Shown here in pieces: positions 62,993 to 64,000 of a stretch of 64,000 bases of DNA. Source of the DNA: a virus (lineage: Duplodnaviria; Caudoviricetes). The DNA lies in the IMG/VR virus record IMGVR_UViG_3300035505_000270, positions 9,252 to 73,251 of that record, one strand, 5' to 3'. The position numbers and the translations under genes were made by a program. Below the pieces are notes generated by a model, which did no database searches, was not told the DNA's origin, and worked only from the letters and a program-made list of their open reading frames with translations. Each line of letters opens with the position of its first letter. Positions within the stretch are counted from its first letter, which is position 1.

Positions 62993-63508
62993 TTATTTTG
63001 TTCTCTGAAGCTTAACAGCTGGTTGACCATCAGGCATTGTGTAAACTTTAACTACAGTAAATTCAATATCTCCTGAACCTGCAGCAAGAAAACCATCAGC
63101 GCCTGGAGTTACAGTATCTCCAACATTAAGGTCGATTCCATCATATTTTTCTCTGAAAGAACCGGCTCCACCAACAGTATTAGTTGTGAAAATATCGCCT
63201 ACATTAGTCTTTACTAATCTTGGTGTCATTTCCTGTTCTGTAAAAGCATCTGCTTTCATTACATAATCTTTGTAAGATTCATCATGGTAATAACCATATA
63301 ACTTAACTTCATTAAATACTAAAAGCCATTCGCCTTCGCCTGTAAAATTTACTTCTCCATTTGCAATATCATACTTTGCAAATTGACCATTTTCTAACTG
63401 CTTAATTTCTTTATTTGCAGGCAACTGCGCATAAATCTGACCAGTATGTGTCATAGATAAATGATTTGGCTCAACCTGGCCAAAACCAACTCTACTAATA
63501 ACAGCCAT
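62993..63508 (-). CDS. Putative capsid decoration/cement protein
   Basis: 171 aa, beta-rich, located between the scaffold and MCP genes. Confidence 0.55.
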   Translation of the reverse strand: MAVISRVGFGQVEPNHLSMTHTGQIYAQLPANKEIKQLENGQFAKYDIANGEVNFTGEGEWLLVFNEVKLYGYYHDESYKDYVMKADAFTEQEMTPRLVKTNVGDIFTTNTVGGAGSFREKYDGIDLNVGDTVTPGADGFLAAGSGDIEFTVVKVYTMPDGQPAVKLQRTK

Positions 63509-63520
63509 TTATATATCCTC

Positions 63521-64000
63521 CTAATTATTCTTATTTTGAACTGAGCGACAAGCCTGTACCCAAGCCGGTACGCTATTGTCTTCTGTTGAGTTTAATGAAT
63601 AAGTTGTAACAGACTGATATTCATTTTTCTGTTCTACTTCGTTATCTTCAAAAGAAACTTTTTTCCTAAAGCAAATTACAGAAAGTTTTTCTTCAATTTG
63701 CTCTAAAGAATATTTTTCTTTATTAGAAACAACTTCTTTCTTATCTTCATCAGATAACATATAGAAGCTATTAATTAAAGCATCTTTCTTTTCATTATCA
63801 ACCTTATTTTTAAATGCTAAAAGACTCTGATAATCTTTTTCCATAGCAGAATATTTCTGCTCTAAAGCGGTGAATTTTTCTTCTAATAAGGAATATTTTT
63901 TATCCTTATCTTCATCATCCTCTTTATCTTCTTCTTTATCTTCATTATAAGAGGTTTCTTGCTCTTTTTCTTCTTCGTCTTTCTTTTCAAACTCAGTAGA
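63521..64000 (-). CDS. Scaffold/prohead-protease C-terminal region, 5' truncated by window edge
   Basis: Frame is open to base 64000. Acidic EDKEED low-complexity stretch, coiled coil and C-terminal VPAWVQA. Confidence 0.6.
   Translation of the reverse strand, partial: STEFEKKDEEEKEQETSYNEDKEEDKEDDEDKDKKYSLLEEKFTALEQKYSAMEKDYQSLLAFKNKVDNEKKDALINSFYMLSDEDKKEVVSNKEKYSLEQIEEKLSVICFRKKVSFEDNEVEQKNEYQSVTTYSLNSTEDNSVPAWVQACRSVQNKNN

Noticed and set aside
1-64000. tRNA, rRNA, CRISPR array or integrase
   Set aside because: No cloverleaf with T-loop GTTC, no regularly spaced repeats and no recombinase motifs were seen. Intergenic gaps are short and explained by promoters, terminators or introns. A tRNAscan-SE/Infernal run would be needed for certainty.

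Overview
64 kb segment of a large, AT-rich tailed dsDNA phage. The long tape measure suggests a siphovirus. The anaerobic RNR, sigmaA-type promoters and AGGAGG RBSs point to an anaerobic Firmicute/Clostridia-like host (inferred). There are two convergent arms. The + strand (1-23449) carries DNA replication and nucleotide metabolism genes: ThyX, SSB-like protein, AAA ATPase, DnaB, MTase, primase, RecJ, RecD-like helicase, DnaE, NrdD/G, dUTPase and a RuvC-like resolvase. The - strand (23489-64000) carries late genes: scaffold, capsid, neck, tail, tape measure, baseplate, several receptor-binding modules, a holin-like gene and an accessory 5-gene cassette. Five group I introns split dnaB, dnaE, nrdD, the tape measure gene and a head-tail adaptor gene. 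All five have readable U.G P1, P10, P7 and terminal G, and splicing restores the frame. Three carry intact homing endonucleases and two carry decayed ones. The RecD-like helicase Walker A motif is broken by an 8-nt stop-containing insert with matched Ala codons, a candidate for translational bypass. Other signals: a recurring GGNYAR-N28-YATA motif upstream of genes, a 15-bp inverted repeat that would hide the holin-like RBS, and GCGG/CCGC enrichment. No tRNA, rRNA, CRISPR array or reverse transcriptase was seen. Product names come from motif recognition only; no searches were run.
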